From assembly GCF_006345805.1 (NCBI RefSeq), contig NC_043019.1, positions 13,763,360 to 13,827,359 on the forward strand: DNA of 64,000 nucleotides, in the 5' to 3' direction. This document shows positions 26,245-42,230 of this stretch, one piece after another (positions within the stretch are counted from its first letter, which is position 1; each line of letters starts with the position of its first letter). A model generated the notes under the pieces. That model saw only the letters and a list, made by a program, of their open reading frames with translations, had not been told where the DNA came from and made no database searches. The stretch is from Octopus sinensis (lineage: Eukaryota). Made by a program: the position numbers and the translations under genes.

Positions 26245-26600
26245 TATAATTATAGCAAGAAGGGTTTTGCAGCAAGTTGCTTGACCACATACCGAAAATT
26301 TTAGAAATAGCAGCCAAAGAACTACTAAGAATAGTAGTTCTTTGGCTGCTACTTCTAAAATTACACCTGCACCTGTGTTGCTTCTCCCCTTCCTCCCTCC
26401 TTCATGAAGCTGTGGGGAAGGCAGTGTAAGGAAATCAACGCCGTAAGCGTTGTCAAGGAGACAAGCGTACCTTTCGACAACGACTTCATGGCTTGAAGTC
26501 ACCATACTATTCTTAGTAGTTCTTTGGCTGCTACTTCTAAAATTTTCGGTATGTGGTCAAGCAACTGTTGCAAAACCTTTATTGTTATAATTATATATAA
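26245..26600. repeat. Nested inverted repeats flanking an inverted D fragment
   Basis: 26297-26362 is a hairpin with 31-bp arms. 26245-26335 is the reverse complement of 26506-26600. Confidence 0.85.
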
Positions 26601-27062
26601 AAAAAAATTATGTATAAGTTTTTACCGAATATGGTTCTTTTCCATACCGAAAAACGGATCTTTTCCTTTTGAACGGCACATGTCAACGCAATTTCTAGTT
26701 AACTAAACACTTTAAAACTTCGTAAACTGGTAGAATGTGTCAAAAGAAAACATTTTTTTCTCTTGGCTTTCTTGAGAAAATTGTAATTCGTTTGTTTAAA
26801 GTAGTTTCATTTTTCGAATTTTAACCAATGAATCGCCTCTAATTGAGACAACATCCTTTTTTTATGCAAAAAATTTTTTATATATTATTATAACATTAAT
26901 TAAAGGTTTAGCAACAATATTGTTATCTGTCGAGACATATTTTGGAGGAAAAAGAAATAACGGTCTTTTGGCTGCTATTTCTAAATTTTCGGTATGTGGT
27001 GAAGCAACTTGTTGCTAAACCCTTAATTATATATATATATATGCAGTACGAAGTTATATATA

Positions 27063-28295
<1,233 letters not shown>

Positions 28296-28800
28296 AACAC
28301 ACACACACACACAGAGGCACATCTTAAGTTGCTGAGATTTGATTCTGTGGGAAAACTGAAAATTTGATTGCAGTTTCCAAGGCAAGAAAAAAAAAAAATA
28401 AGAGAAACATTACAAAGAAGTCATCTTTTCTTTGTTTCGTTTACAGAACTATTTTGACATCCAGCATAACAAACGTATCAATGACCATATAAGGCGCTTA
28501 ATAATCCCCATGCTGTTAACGCAGCTTTTGTTAAAAGCTAAGCGGCTTTTCTCGGTAAGCTACGTATCGCGGTCCAACGTTGTATCTGAGGACGAATTAA
28601 TCGGTAATCTGCGATATGTTAAGGAAACCTCAGTTACGTATCGTTACTATGGTTTCCTTGATTGGATAACAGAATTAACATGTGTTTGCTTCTACTGATA
28701 AGAACAATTACGTAGGAGTAACAATGCAAATGTAATGATTCTAGAGACGCAGGTTCGATCCTCGGTTTTAGTTGTTTTTCATTTTTACTTTAGAGTCTCT

Positions 28801-29117
28801 GTGAAGGTGCGTGGATTTGTGGTTAGGGCAATCGGCTCATGAATGTAAAGTCAGGAGTTCGATTCCCGGCTGCGGATTGTGCTCTTGAGCAAGAGACTTT
28901 ATTTCACATTGCCCCAGGTGACTCAGTTAGCAAAAATGAGTCGTACAGTAATTCAAAGGGCCAACCTTGTCACATTCGGTGTCACACATATATACCCTCA
29001 GAACCACATTAGGGACACGCGTGTCTGTGATATACTCAGCCACATGCATGTTAATTTCACGACTATTCCGTCGTTCGGATCAGATGGAACACTCGTCGTC
29101 GAAACCGACGGAGTGTA
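28801..29117 (+). mobile_element. tRNA-derived SINE family E (others at 34089-34413 and 61697-62022)
   Basis: tRNA-like head, a ttgtg.tcttgagcaa body shared with SINE-C head-2 copies, and a shared 3' tactcagccac..cacgttaat...gtcgt.accgacgga. Confidence 0.75.
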
Positions 29118-29444
29118 AGTTTTCTCTAAGTAAAGCACTGATGTACCTATCTCTTATTTTATTTTAGTGATTGAAGTCCATCAGGACAATCACGTATATG
29201 GCTGAAGGTGTGACTGTGCGGTTTTAAGAATTCGATTTTGAAATCCACGGTTTTTGATCGATCCGACGGCGCGGCATTGTACATAAATGCGTGTTGTTGC
29301 AGCCTCCGGCTACAGCAACGGTGTCTGAGTGGAATTCAGTAGACGGTAAATGTGCAAAATCTTGTCCTATGATATGTATATACATATATACATACATATA
29401 TGCATACATACGTACATACATACATACATACATACATACATACA

Positions 29445-29476
<32 letters not shown>

Positions 29477-29699
29477 CATACATATATACATATATATATG
29501 CAAATATGTATGTGTGTATGTATATGCATATGTATGTATATGCACATGTATGCAAGTCTGTATAAATGTATGCATGTGTACAAACACACACATACATATA
29601 TATGTGTCTCTGTCTCAGCGTATTTAAAGGTATCTGTCTCTCTTTCTATCTATCCAGTTACTTACACACACATATACATTTATGTATATAATATATATA

Positions 29700-29760
<61 letters not shown>

Positions 29761-31200
29761 TATTAAGGTATGTAGAAAAATACAACATGGCAAGAACGTA
29801 TAACTCTTAGAAGACGATACAATAAACACGGACAGGACATTCGAAACCCTCAGTCTTCAGTCAAGAACCGGATCATCGTAGTAATTTCGGCTGATTAATC
29901 TTGAGATTACTAGATCACAGCCAGCCCTCCAAGAAAAACTAAGCTGGGAGCGTAGATTTCCTGGAAGAAGGATCGAATGCATACAGACACCAGGACAGCA
30001 AAAGGGACGAATATAAAAAAACAAAAAAATAATGGAATACAGAAACATGAATACAGAAGCTTAACGGTGAAACAACAACAAGTGTCTTACGACTGATAAC
30101 AAGCAAACAAATTTTTTCTCTGGCGCAAGGAAAGGCCTTATCGGCGATGCCTATAGCGGCGGACGAAAAACAACGATGTTAACACGACGCTGGTCAGAAG
30201 CTGAAAGGCAGATTTCGGCCAGCAGTCACGTGACAGAGGAGAGAAAAAGAAAGAAAGAGAAGCAGCGGAAGAGAGAGAGAGAGGAGAGAGAGAGAGGAGG
30301 GACAAACGCAACAAAGAGAGAGAAGAGAGAGAAAGAAGGAATATGTGTGTGTGTGTGTATGTGTGTGTGTATGTATATACTCACGAAGGTATATATGTTT
30401 GAGTATATGTGTGAGATTTTGTGTATGTGTATGGTCTTGTACGTATGTGTTTGCCTCCGTAATAATCTGATGTATGTATGTTTTTTTTTCTGTTTTTTTT
30501 TTTGAGAAACCATTAAAGATTTCTTTCTCCTTTGTAATATTCTATTCAAACACAAAAGAACCGGCGCAAAAAAGCACACCACAAGGTATCGTTACCGACA
30601 TCTTTACAGTTATCCAATATCCTCAGCTCTTGATTGGAACTTTCTGAACGACTCTAAAGAAAGAAAATGAAAGGCGAAGTTGCTTTCAGCATGGATTGAA
30701 CTCAAAGCGCAAAGGGTCTGACAATACCGCGAGACATTCTTCCAAAAGCCCTGTTATTTTGCCACCAAAACTTGTATATTCTTTCATGTAGTTACTTCAT
30801 ACATGCATGCGTATTTACATGTAGCTGCATGTACGTATATATGTAGACACGTATGTACCTAGGCATGCATGCATGTATGTATGTATGTATGTATGTATGT
30901 ATGTATTATGTATGCGTGTAGGTATCTGTCTATCTATCCATCTCTTTAGCTTTCTCTCTCTCTCTCTCTCTCTCTTTCTTTATTATATATATATATATAT
31001 ATGCTAGAGTAAGCACATAAATGAGAAACAAGTTGGAAAAAATAGTACTCGAATACCGGAGGTAGAGTAATACACTTTGTTAAGAAGCAGCAAAAATATC
31101 AAAGAAAGTGTTTATCCAAGTTTCACGTTCCCGACTAACGGATCGTGAAACTCTGAGTAACTTTTTTTTTGCGATATTGTTGCTGCTTTTTAATAACGTG

Positions 31201-31264
<64 letters not shown>

Positions 31265-31769
31265 GGAGGTTTGAAAACGCCGCTAATTTAAGTGCTGTTG
31301 AGACTAGTAAGAACCATTATGAACTTTTTTATTACACTTAACTTTTTAAATATTTTTTGATAAGGTTGGTTTTTTCAAGGAGAACCGAAACATGTAAAAT
31401 TTCTAAGAAAATTAAATTTCTCTTATATAGTGGTCGTTTTCAAACTTGACTGGAACTTTCTGAACGACAAACTTTTTATAAATATATACCCACTCGTATA
31501 CCAACTACACTTATTATGAATATATATAATATATATATATACATATTTATATATATATATATATTATATATATATCTATTTATTATACTATAGGCTATAG
31601 GCTAACACCCTATACACGTAAAAAAAACACTGTTACAGAACCCAACAACAGTTCATTTAAGACTAATTCAGTTCTTGGGAGAACCGGAGTTCCGATCTGG
31701 CAACTGATGACGCGCTGTAGCAAAGCCCGTCAGGAAGCTACAGGGCCGAGGACAACTTTGAAGGCCGGT

Positions 31770-31945
31770 CCAGAGCTGCTCTCTCAGAAGAAGCCTATCC
31801 TTCTTGGAAGCGGAGCATTTTGGATGAGCTCAGGACCCCTGGCCTGACATGGGAAGCAGCCAAGAAACACACCAATGACCGCAAAAAGTGGAAGACAACT
31901 GTTGAGGCCCTATACTCCACAAGGGGCAAAAAAGATTAAGATACG
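31770..31945 (+). mobile_element. RTE-like LINE extreme 3' coding end
   Basis: The frame reads [45 protein letters not shown], followed by simple repeats. Confidence 0.7.
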
Positions 31946-31966
31946 TAGTACATACATACATACATG

Positions 31967-32083
<117 letters not shown>

Positions 32084-32085
32084 GC

Positions 32086-32309
32086 GGCGAGCTGGCAGAA
32101 ACGTTAGAACGCCGGGCGAAATGTGTAGCCATATTTCGTCTGCCGTTACGTTCTGAGTTCAAATTCCGCCGATGTCGACTTTGTCTTTCATCCTTTCGGG
32201 GTCGATAACTTAAGTACGAGTTACGCACTGGGGTCGATAGAATCGACTTAATCCGCTTGTCTGTCTTGTTTGTCCCCTCTGTGTTTAGAGCCCCTTTTGG
32301 GTAGTAAAG

Positions 32310-32314
<5 letters not shown>
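32086..32314 (+). mobile_element. SINE-B, full-length monomer
   Basis: ggcgagctggcagaaacgttag ... gtagtaaagaaata then (TA)n. Confidence 0.92.
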
Positions 32315-32363
<49 letters not shown>

Positions 32364-32407
32364 GTTTGTGATTGTGTGCGTATATGTGTATATATATATA
32401 TGTATAT

Positions 32408-32469
<62 letters not shown>

Positions 32470-32658
32470 CCGTGTCGCGGTACTGTGCTATTTTGTAAGC
32501 GTTACGTATCCGTGTCTATCTGCCTGGCAGAGATGAAGAAAAAAAGAGTGACAGAGAAAACAGGTATATTGGTATGGTAAGTAGATAATTAAATAGGTAG
32601 ATATATAGATAGAGAAAGAAAGTGTGAAAGCGAGAGAGAGAGAGAGAAAGGGAGAGAG

Positions 32659-32694
<36 letters not shown>

Positions 32695-33368
32695 TGTGCA
32701 AAAGAGACAGAGAGAGAAAGGTGTTGAGATAAATATATTCGAAAGCGAAAGCGTTTCGTTTGTAGCGTGCTGAGATAAATTAATTTTACACGAGACTGGA
32801 ATCGATATTCTATACCTCAATAGATATCACAATTTATACGCAAATGGTTATTTTATGCCTCAATTGGTTCTCTATCGCATCAATACGAAAACAGGTTATT
32901 TCTTTGCGAACACATACAAATACACGAAGAAAAGGTGATTGCTTTAACACTTTTATTTTAAATATATTTGATATAGCAATTTTCCCAACCTTCTTATATA
33001 AAATATTATATTATACACTAAATAGATATAATGCTTTATACATACATGTGATAAATCAACCATTCTTTATAATAGTGGCATTGGAAATGATATCAAACAG
33101 ATTATAGAAATACGTGGAATGTGCATTCATATATATAGAAGTCGCTCCAATATGAGATAAGGAGTTGTTTAGTTTCATATGCGAACGTGATTAAATGGTT
33201 CGCATACATTTATGTTTTTACAAATCTACGCGCTTACTAAAGGAGATAAGAACTACACATTTAATAGAGCTGTAATCAGCGGACTGTGTGAATCAAGGAA
33301 GTTTTAGTTTGGAGAGAGGAGGGAGGCCATTATTGTTATTATTATCACCGTTGTTATTATTATCATTG

Positions 33369-33406
<38 letters not shown>

Positions 33407-33669
33407 TGATTCAGCACTTCATCAATGCATTGTTGGAAATTTAACGTCTATAGGCATCGTTCGCAGTCAACATTATGGGCTATCAGGATAATCGTTTCCA
33501 AAAGAAAAAAAAAAAAAAAACTGGCAGTATCATTGTTACCAACGCTGATACGTTAACACCAGGAGCCAAAATGAGAAGGGCTATATATGTGGTTGCTCGA
33601 CCTGCTAAAAATAGTAACCAATATATATATATGTGTATATATATGTGGGTGTATACAATCCATATATAC

Positions 33670-33735
<66 letters not shown>

Positions 33736-33776
33736 TATATATACATAGATATATATATATATACATATCTATATCT

Positions 33777-33826
<50 letters not shown>

Positions 33827-34500
33827 GCGTGTGCCTACATACCACTGTTTCAATACCGTTTTTGGTATGTCTACGTTCATGTAACTTAGCGCTTCGGCTA
33901 ACTAGAGACTAGAATCAATACCATACTTTAACGGCCCCCCCCCCCAAAAAAAAGAAAGAAACTGCAAGTACTTTGGACAATTTGTTCAACAACAACCCAT
34001 CAAGGAAGTGCATCTCTATGGCCGCACGCCAATGACTGAAACAGGTGAAAGATAAAAGATAGATTTCTATATAATGCGTTATATATAATGTGAAGGTGTG
34101 CGGCTATGTGGTTAGGCTATTCGCTTCAAAATCGTAAGCTCACGTGTTCGATACCCGGTGGCGCCTTGTGACCTCGATCAAGATGCTTTAATTCACTTTG
34201 CTTCAGTCCACCTAACTAGCAAAACATGATTTGGTCTGTGATTCAAAGGAAGCTACGATTGTCACATTCTGTGTCAAGCTGAATATACTCAGAGAAGTAC
34301 GTTAAGGGTACACATGTCTATGGGGTACTCAGCCACTTGCACGTTAATGTCACGAGTAGGCTGTTCCGTTGATCGGATCAACTGGAACCTGTGTCGTCAT
34401 AACCGACGGATTCCAATTATACACGTTTTCCCTCTAAAACATTTGGAAATCTGTATTGATATTCAAAAAAAATCGTTCCTGTCGTCTTTTTTCCGTCCTA

Positions 34501-35073
34501 TTATTTTGGGTTGTCCGGAAAGTTCGTGCCAATTTTTAAAGGAAAGAAAAAGCTCAATAAATACTTGCCATTACATTTTTAATCAACCAAATATGAACCA
34601 TTTTGTTGCACAATGCGTCTCCATCTTTCCTTTAACTTGAAAATACCCTCTTCCCAGAATTGAGGTGGTTTCATGGCAAAGAATTCATCAAGGTATCTTT
34701 TTACGTCATCCAAGGAATTGAAATTTTTACCATTAAGACTATTCTGCAGAGACCTGAATAAGTGGAAATCCGAAGGAGCAATATCTGGAGAATATGGAGG
34801 GTGGGGTAACACATCCGAGCCGAGCTGCAGCAATTTTTGTCTGGTTCCCAAAGCATTAAGTGCCGAAAAGGAACTTTCTTATCTTCCATTTTAAAGGGTT
34901 ACAGAATTAACACGGGTTATAGGAACATAAAACTTCTTCCACGAAAAGATATCTTAAACTGTGCTGTAAATGGAGGTGCAGTCAACTCCTATTTTATGGA
35001 CTCAACCATGTTCTAAAATAAATCGAAAGGTAAGTTACTATAAATCGACACGAACTTTCCGGATAACCCAATA
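34501..35073 (-). mobile_element. Internally deleted mariner (Tc1/mariner) element with both TIRs
   Basis: TIRs TTGGGTT(G/A)TCCGGAAAGTTCGTG.C.ATTT at both ends, with TA outside the right one. The transposase N-terminus MEDKKVPFRHLMLWE joins near 34845 to the C-terminus ...LPHPPYSPDIAPSDFHLFRSLQNSL...ERW..IVQQNGSYLVD*. Confidence 0.9.
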
Positions 35074-35233
35074 GATAACAGTTGGATACTGGGTACTGGG
35101 ATCGATGCAATCGATTTCCTTATCCCGCGAAATGCTAACATTGTGCTGCAATTTGAAATTAATATACCATATAATTTCGGTGATGTACTTGCATAGCGAG
35201 TGACTTGATCTGAGATCGTGTGCTGGAACGAAA

Positions 35234-35500
35234 ACAATTACAGCGTGGAAGGTGTTTATAAGCCATTTAAGAAACACACAAAACCGTTAGATTCACTTCA
35301 ACATTTAAATTTAATTTGTCAAAATATTTTCGTCGCTTTGAGACCGCGATCTTTTCAGCACGAAGTTTTATCAGTGAACAGGTCGCCGTCTCAAAGCGAC
35401 GAAAATATTTTGGCAAATTAAATTTAAATGTTGAAGTGGATCTAACAGTTTTTTGTGTGTTTCTTAAATGGCTTATAAACACCTTCCACGCTGCAATTGT
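35234..35500. mobile_element. ~267-bp palindrome carrying outward-facing hammerhead-like motifs; solo mariner TIR at 35539-35571
   Basis: The ~120-bp arms are reverse complements around a centre near 35357-35372. Confidence 0.85.
35367..35417 (+). ncRNA. Minimal type-I hammerhead candidate with G3/C8 variant core
   Basis: TTTATCA-GTGAACA-G-GTCGC(cgtctcaaa)GCGAC-GAA-AATATT-T-TGGCAAA. Confidence 0.6.
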
Positions 35501-36775
35501 ATACAATATAAATATAACAAAATAAGTCGAAACTACTATAAATCGGCACGGACTTTCCGGACAACCCAATATAAATTGAAAGCAGTACCATTTCCAAGCT
35601 TACTCATTTCGCGATTCCTTTCTTTTGTCGCTTCAGAATCGGTTTGGTGTGACGATTTTCTTCATTACTTTTCCTTTTCTTTTCTTTTTCATATCTTAAA
35701 CCAGTCATCCCCAACTAAATGAACATAAGGAAACGTAAAGAAGGAAGTATAAGTTTCCATGTAAGAAACAAAATTTAATTAAATATATGTTGCGCAAATC
35801 CTATATTTTATTCATGATCCATCTAAGTAGCAAAGTGTTGCTACATAAATATATTGAAACATCGAATCTAATTTGTTGAATATTTAAAAATGGAAGTTTT
35901 GTTTGTCTACTCATTTATTTCTCTATTTATTTGTTTATCCATTTATCTGTTTATTTATGTATTGGTTCTCTCTTCTGACTTTCAATAATATTCTGTGATT
36001 TCTATTAGTTAGGAAGATAAATAAGCAAATACTATGAGTATTGATTTTTCGATTGGTATATGATATCAATATTGATTGAATCGACTTCAGTGCAGACACG
36101 GCACTGGGGATATAAACGGCGGAGATACTTTGCTCCATGCAGACTCTACAAGAACCAATCAGCTGTGTTCGAAGCTCTTCTTCTGAATCCAACGCAATGT
36201 CCTTGGAAACCCATCTGTGTCATCAACGGGTGTCGCAGAGTCACAAGCGTTTCGACACTTATATCTGTACGCTGTACGCTGAGTCAGGTAGTGAAAACTG
36301 AATTAGTCCTCGCTTGCGTAATGGTTCCACCTGCTGTCTCTTGTCAAACGCAGACCCGTGGATGTCATTTCAGCTGTCGTGCCTATCTCTTTGATGGGTT
36401 TCGTCAGTTGTCAGGATTCTAGAGCAATTTTCTGCAGGAGTAAACAGTGAAGTTAACCGTCCCACCAAAGGCAGGATACGAACTCAGAAACTAGAGGACA
36501 GTAACAACTAATATCACAAAGAAGAGAGAGAGAGAGAAAGAGAGAGGGGATTTAATTGTCTTGGTTTTACACAGGAAAAATCCAGTATTAAAGAAGGACA
36601 GTTACTTCCCGCAAAAGTTTGATCAAAACGTATATGGACTTTGATAACGGAGCTAAAGTACGCAGATTGAATCATATGGAAAGTCTTAAAGATTTTTACA
36701 GTTCCAGTGATGGATTGGATCTGTAGTCTTCGAATCAGCTTTCTATTTTCTGGTTTTGAGAATCATACACACATA

Positions 36776-36862
<87 letters not shown>

Positions 36863-37430
36863 ACAAACACACACACACATTTATGTACACAGTTCAATGA
36901 GAATCACCTTGGCATCCTGTTCAAACCCTAAGCTGGGCATCAAAGGCCGCAGAACTGCTACACTTAAACGCCTGTCTGATGTTGCTGAAAAGAGCTCAAT
37001 TTGGATATGACCAAATAGGAAATCCATTATGAAATCCATTGGTTATTTACAGGAATAGAAAGAAGAAAAGAACCGGTTTCTTCGTCAGTCAGAGTGGCCT
37101 GGTGGGCTGAAACACAGACCCAGGTACAAAAGAACGACCCAGGTTCAAATCTTGCTGGAGACAGGATTTTGGAAAGAAGCAGGTGGGCACCTAGAATCAT
37201 GACATGGGTGGGCCCAGTTCCCGTAGAATATCAAGCATAAGGACCAAAACACTTGTCGGATGGGAGTTCTTCCTCTAAAGATCTCTCTTGTTTTTGTTAT
37301 TCATATGTCTGTATGTCTGTATGTATGTATGTATACATGTCTATGTATGTTTATATGAGCATGTGCATATACACACATACGCACGCACACAAAGATATAT
37401 ATATATGCGTGTGTGTGTGTGTGTGTGTGT

Positions 37431-37682
37431 GGAGGCGCGTGGCTTAGTGGTTAGGGTATCAGCATCACGATCGTAAGATTGTGGTTTCGATTCCTGGACC
37501 GGGCGACGCGTTGTGTTCTTGAGCAAAACACTTCATTTCACGTTGCTCCAGTCCACTCAGCTGGCACAAATGAGTAACGCTGCGATGGACTGGCGTCCCG
37601 TCCAGCTGGGGAACAAATACGCTATTGAAACCGGGAAACCGGGCCCATAAGCCTGGCTAGGCTTTAAAAAAGGCGCATTTAT
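37431..37682 (+). mobile_element. SINE family C (head 2 + tail X)
   Basis: ggaggcgcgtggcttagtggttaggg...gttgtgttcttgagcaaaacacttcatttcacg...gagtaacgctgcgatggactggcgtcc. Confidence 0.85.
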
Positions 37683-38664
37683 TTTATTATATATAATATA
37701 TAATGTGTTGAAGATATTTCATTTGTACAATCATATATAAACCACAAGACTTTATATGCACACACACGCACACGCACACACAAGCATACACAAAATAGTC
37801 TTACATAACCCTAATTCCACACTCTTCAGACACGTACTTCACAAGCATTTCACTGACACACGTTTATACCCTCCTATACTCACACTTTCAGTCAAATATA
37901 TCTAACATATACATAATATAAATATTTTATGCGGTAGAAACGATATTTATGGTAAATCTATTTGGCCATTGTTTCCTTCTCTCCCACTTGCTCTCTCTCC
38001 CCCTTCCTCATTGGTTGTGTGTATGCGTCTGTTTCTGTCTCTTTCTCTCTATATCCTCTTCTATATTAATCGTCGTCTGTTTATTATCCTGAGTAAAGCA
38101 GAGCCGGGTTATTGATGCTTAAATGCACTGAGTCCTTTCGGTAACACGACATTTATTGTTTAAATGGAAAGGGTGAACGAGCGAGACAGAGAGAGAGAGA
38201 GAGAGAGAGAAACAGAAACAGAAAGACAGAGACAATGAAAGAGAGGGGGAGAAAGATGGTGAGAGTGAGAGATAGATATTTTCCTAATAGCAGTATTGAT
38301 ACTGTAGAAATGGTGAATGAACCTCGCGGCGTCCATTCTGCAAAGAAGGGAATTAGTCAGAACATTTCTCAGGTCGAAAATGGACCGAAGTAATTTTATA
38401 GCAATTTCCAACTCCATGATCTGTTAATGCTGCTGGTCATAACAGATATAAATCTTGCTTTTAACTGTGATCTCCACGATAATCTCCATAATTTTGTGTA
38501 AAGTGATCTTCTGGTTGTCTGCCAAAAATGCATGGCTAGGCTTGGCTTGGCTTGGCTGTCGCATGGCCGCAAAAAAAAGTTTGTTTGTTGAATTCTAAAG
38601 AGCTTTCTAATAACTGCGAGAACAATCTAAATCTAAGCCTCTAACTTTGGAGAATGCTTCCTTG

Positions 38665-38755
38665 TTACGTTACCATCACCATCATCATCACCATCATCGT
38701 CATCATCGTCATCATCATCATCATCATCGTCATCATCGTCATCATCATCATCATC

Positions 38756-38808
<53 letters not shown>

Positions 38809-39071
38809 CACCATCATCATCATCAGCATCATCATCAACATTGCCATTTATCATCCTAATCATCATCATTATTATCATCATCATCAACATTGCCATCATC
38901 ATAATCATGATCATATCATCGCCATCATCATCATCATCATCATCGCCATCATCATTGTCATCATCATCACAATCATCATCATCATCATCATCATCATATC
39001 ATCACAATCATCATCATTATCATCATCATCATCATCAACATCAACATTGCCATCATCATCATCACCATCGC

Positions 39072-39123
<52 letters not shown>

Positions 39124-39145
39124 GTCATCATCATCATCATCATAA
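38665..39145. repeat. (CAT)n microsatellite
   Basis: Direct inspection; it explains the poly-H/D/M/I ORFs. Confidence 0.95.
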
Positions 39146-39269
39146 TTATTTTTTTTATTGAATATCAAAACAAAAAATACTGTAATAATTTATCAATGTA
39201 TTAATGTTGCTTTAAATGTTACAGTCTATTCAATTACAATGTCTATCAACTGAAAACAGAGAATACAAA

Positions 39270-40600
<1,331 letters not shown>

Positions 40601-42194
40601 CATACAAATACCAACCACATCTCTGCCATACATAGAAGTGAAAGAGTCACGCCATCTATTGAATAAGACTAGAAACATCATTTTTGTTTTATTTATACGT
40701 TTGTTTTGTATTTGCCTTTTGCTTTTGTTTTTGCTTTTGTTTTTTGTTTTTTTATTGCCTTGTCTCTACTTTTTCTGTGTTTCTTTTCTTGTTTTTCCTT
40801 TGCTTTACTGCACTATAATTCAAACCTATCAAATAAGTTTTAAATAAGTTTAACGTTTTTATTATTGTCTTTTTTTGTTTGTTTGTTTGTTAACAGCCTG
40901 AAGGACAGTTGTATGCATCCACAGCTATACACATCCACATAAGTAGCTGTCTTATTAAATATATATCACACATCAAAAGAACCACATTTCAACGGAATAT
41001 TTTGCTTCGTTAAATTCACTGAATTCAGAACAGAGCATATATACACATTCAGCCATAATTATTGAGCGAAGTAAGTCTGCAAATGGTTTTAAAAATACAT
41101 TTCATTTTGTCGATTTAAATACTTCTGTTTTCAATTAACAAGAGAGTGGCTTTGATACTAGACTAATCTCCCTTCTTACCTAAAACGTATCAGATATTTC
41201 AAAATGAGATTTCTTTCCTGATTATTTCGCTCGTACAAATAATGAAACGATATGTCTAGTCGGCATAAAATCGTTGGAGTAATAAGCACTGAACCAAATT
41301 ATTGGCATTTGTGGTGTGCTAACCATTGTCCAAATTCATCTAATCGATATAATTAAAGTGATAAGAAGCCTCGGAATTCTCCATTGAATAAATAAATGAA
41401 TGAATGAGTGAATGAATAATCATTAATTGTTTTTCTGTAGGAGTGTATTCAATTAACTCGCCTTTACCTGTGCACTACCAGTATTAAATTTGATATAGGG
41501 GATAAAGAAAAACAACAACATCAATCTTCATTTATGACGGAGGGGGCTGTTTAAAGACAAAAACAGTAATAAACGAATCGGTGACAAGTGAATCAGTGAT
41601 AAACGAATCGGTGACAAGTGAATCAGTGATAAATGAATCATGTCCAAGTATTTAGTAAATGGAATGAATGGCAGGTTCACTGTCACCAAATTCGCGCCCC
41701 ACGACAAAGAAGCTACCACCGTCACATTTTCTTAATCGTTTCTCTCTTTTAGGATAAAGCACTTCGTATCGGAATAAATGTTAGCTTCGCTGAAACTAAA
41801 TTCGCGGCACACAGTAGAGCTTATTTTCTTCCAGCTCCCAGCTCCCAGCCTCAGGTATTTTCTTAATCAACTCTACCGTTTTCTTGTTTGCATTGTCTGT
41901 TAGGATCAGGCGCTTTCGTATTCGAACGAAAGGTAGAATCATTAACACCAAACTCGCAACACGCAACATTGAAGCCTGTCCTGTCTACGGCCACTTAAAT
42001 CAAGGAGTCTTGTTTTAAGTGGCTGTAGATCACAAGGGGCATGTAGATCACATACTACACTGGCATCAATAACTAAAAGCAGAAAAGAACATATACATGA
42101 ATAAGGGGGAGTTTACGAAAAAAACAAAAGACGAAGGCAGGTGGTGTACAAAACAAACAGACGTATTAGTATAACGCTCAGGAATAGGAAAAGG

Positions 42195-42230
42195 CTTTTA
42201 CTTTTCGAGCCTAGGCTCTTCTACAGAAAA
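42195..42230 (-). ncRNA. Minimal hammerhead-like motif, A6U variant
   Basis: The minus strand reads TTTT-CTGTAGA-A-GAGC(CTAG)GCTC-GAA-AAGT-A-AAAG. Confidence 0.45.

Noticed and set aside
29835-29870. CTGAAGA...CGAAT on the minus strand
   Set aside because: No GAAA, no palindrome and no helix I.
37070-37092. CTGACGA-A-GAAACCGGTT on the minus strand
   Set aside because: No room for helix II and no helix I.
37088-37155. tRNA gene
   Set aside because: A- and B-box-like motifs only, with no closing acceptor or anticodon stems; probably a decayed SINE head.
38300-38540. Possible very old mariner fragment on the minus strand
   Set aside because: The resemblance to the YSPDLAPSD region needs several frameshifts and cannot be supported by eye.
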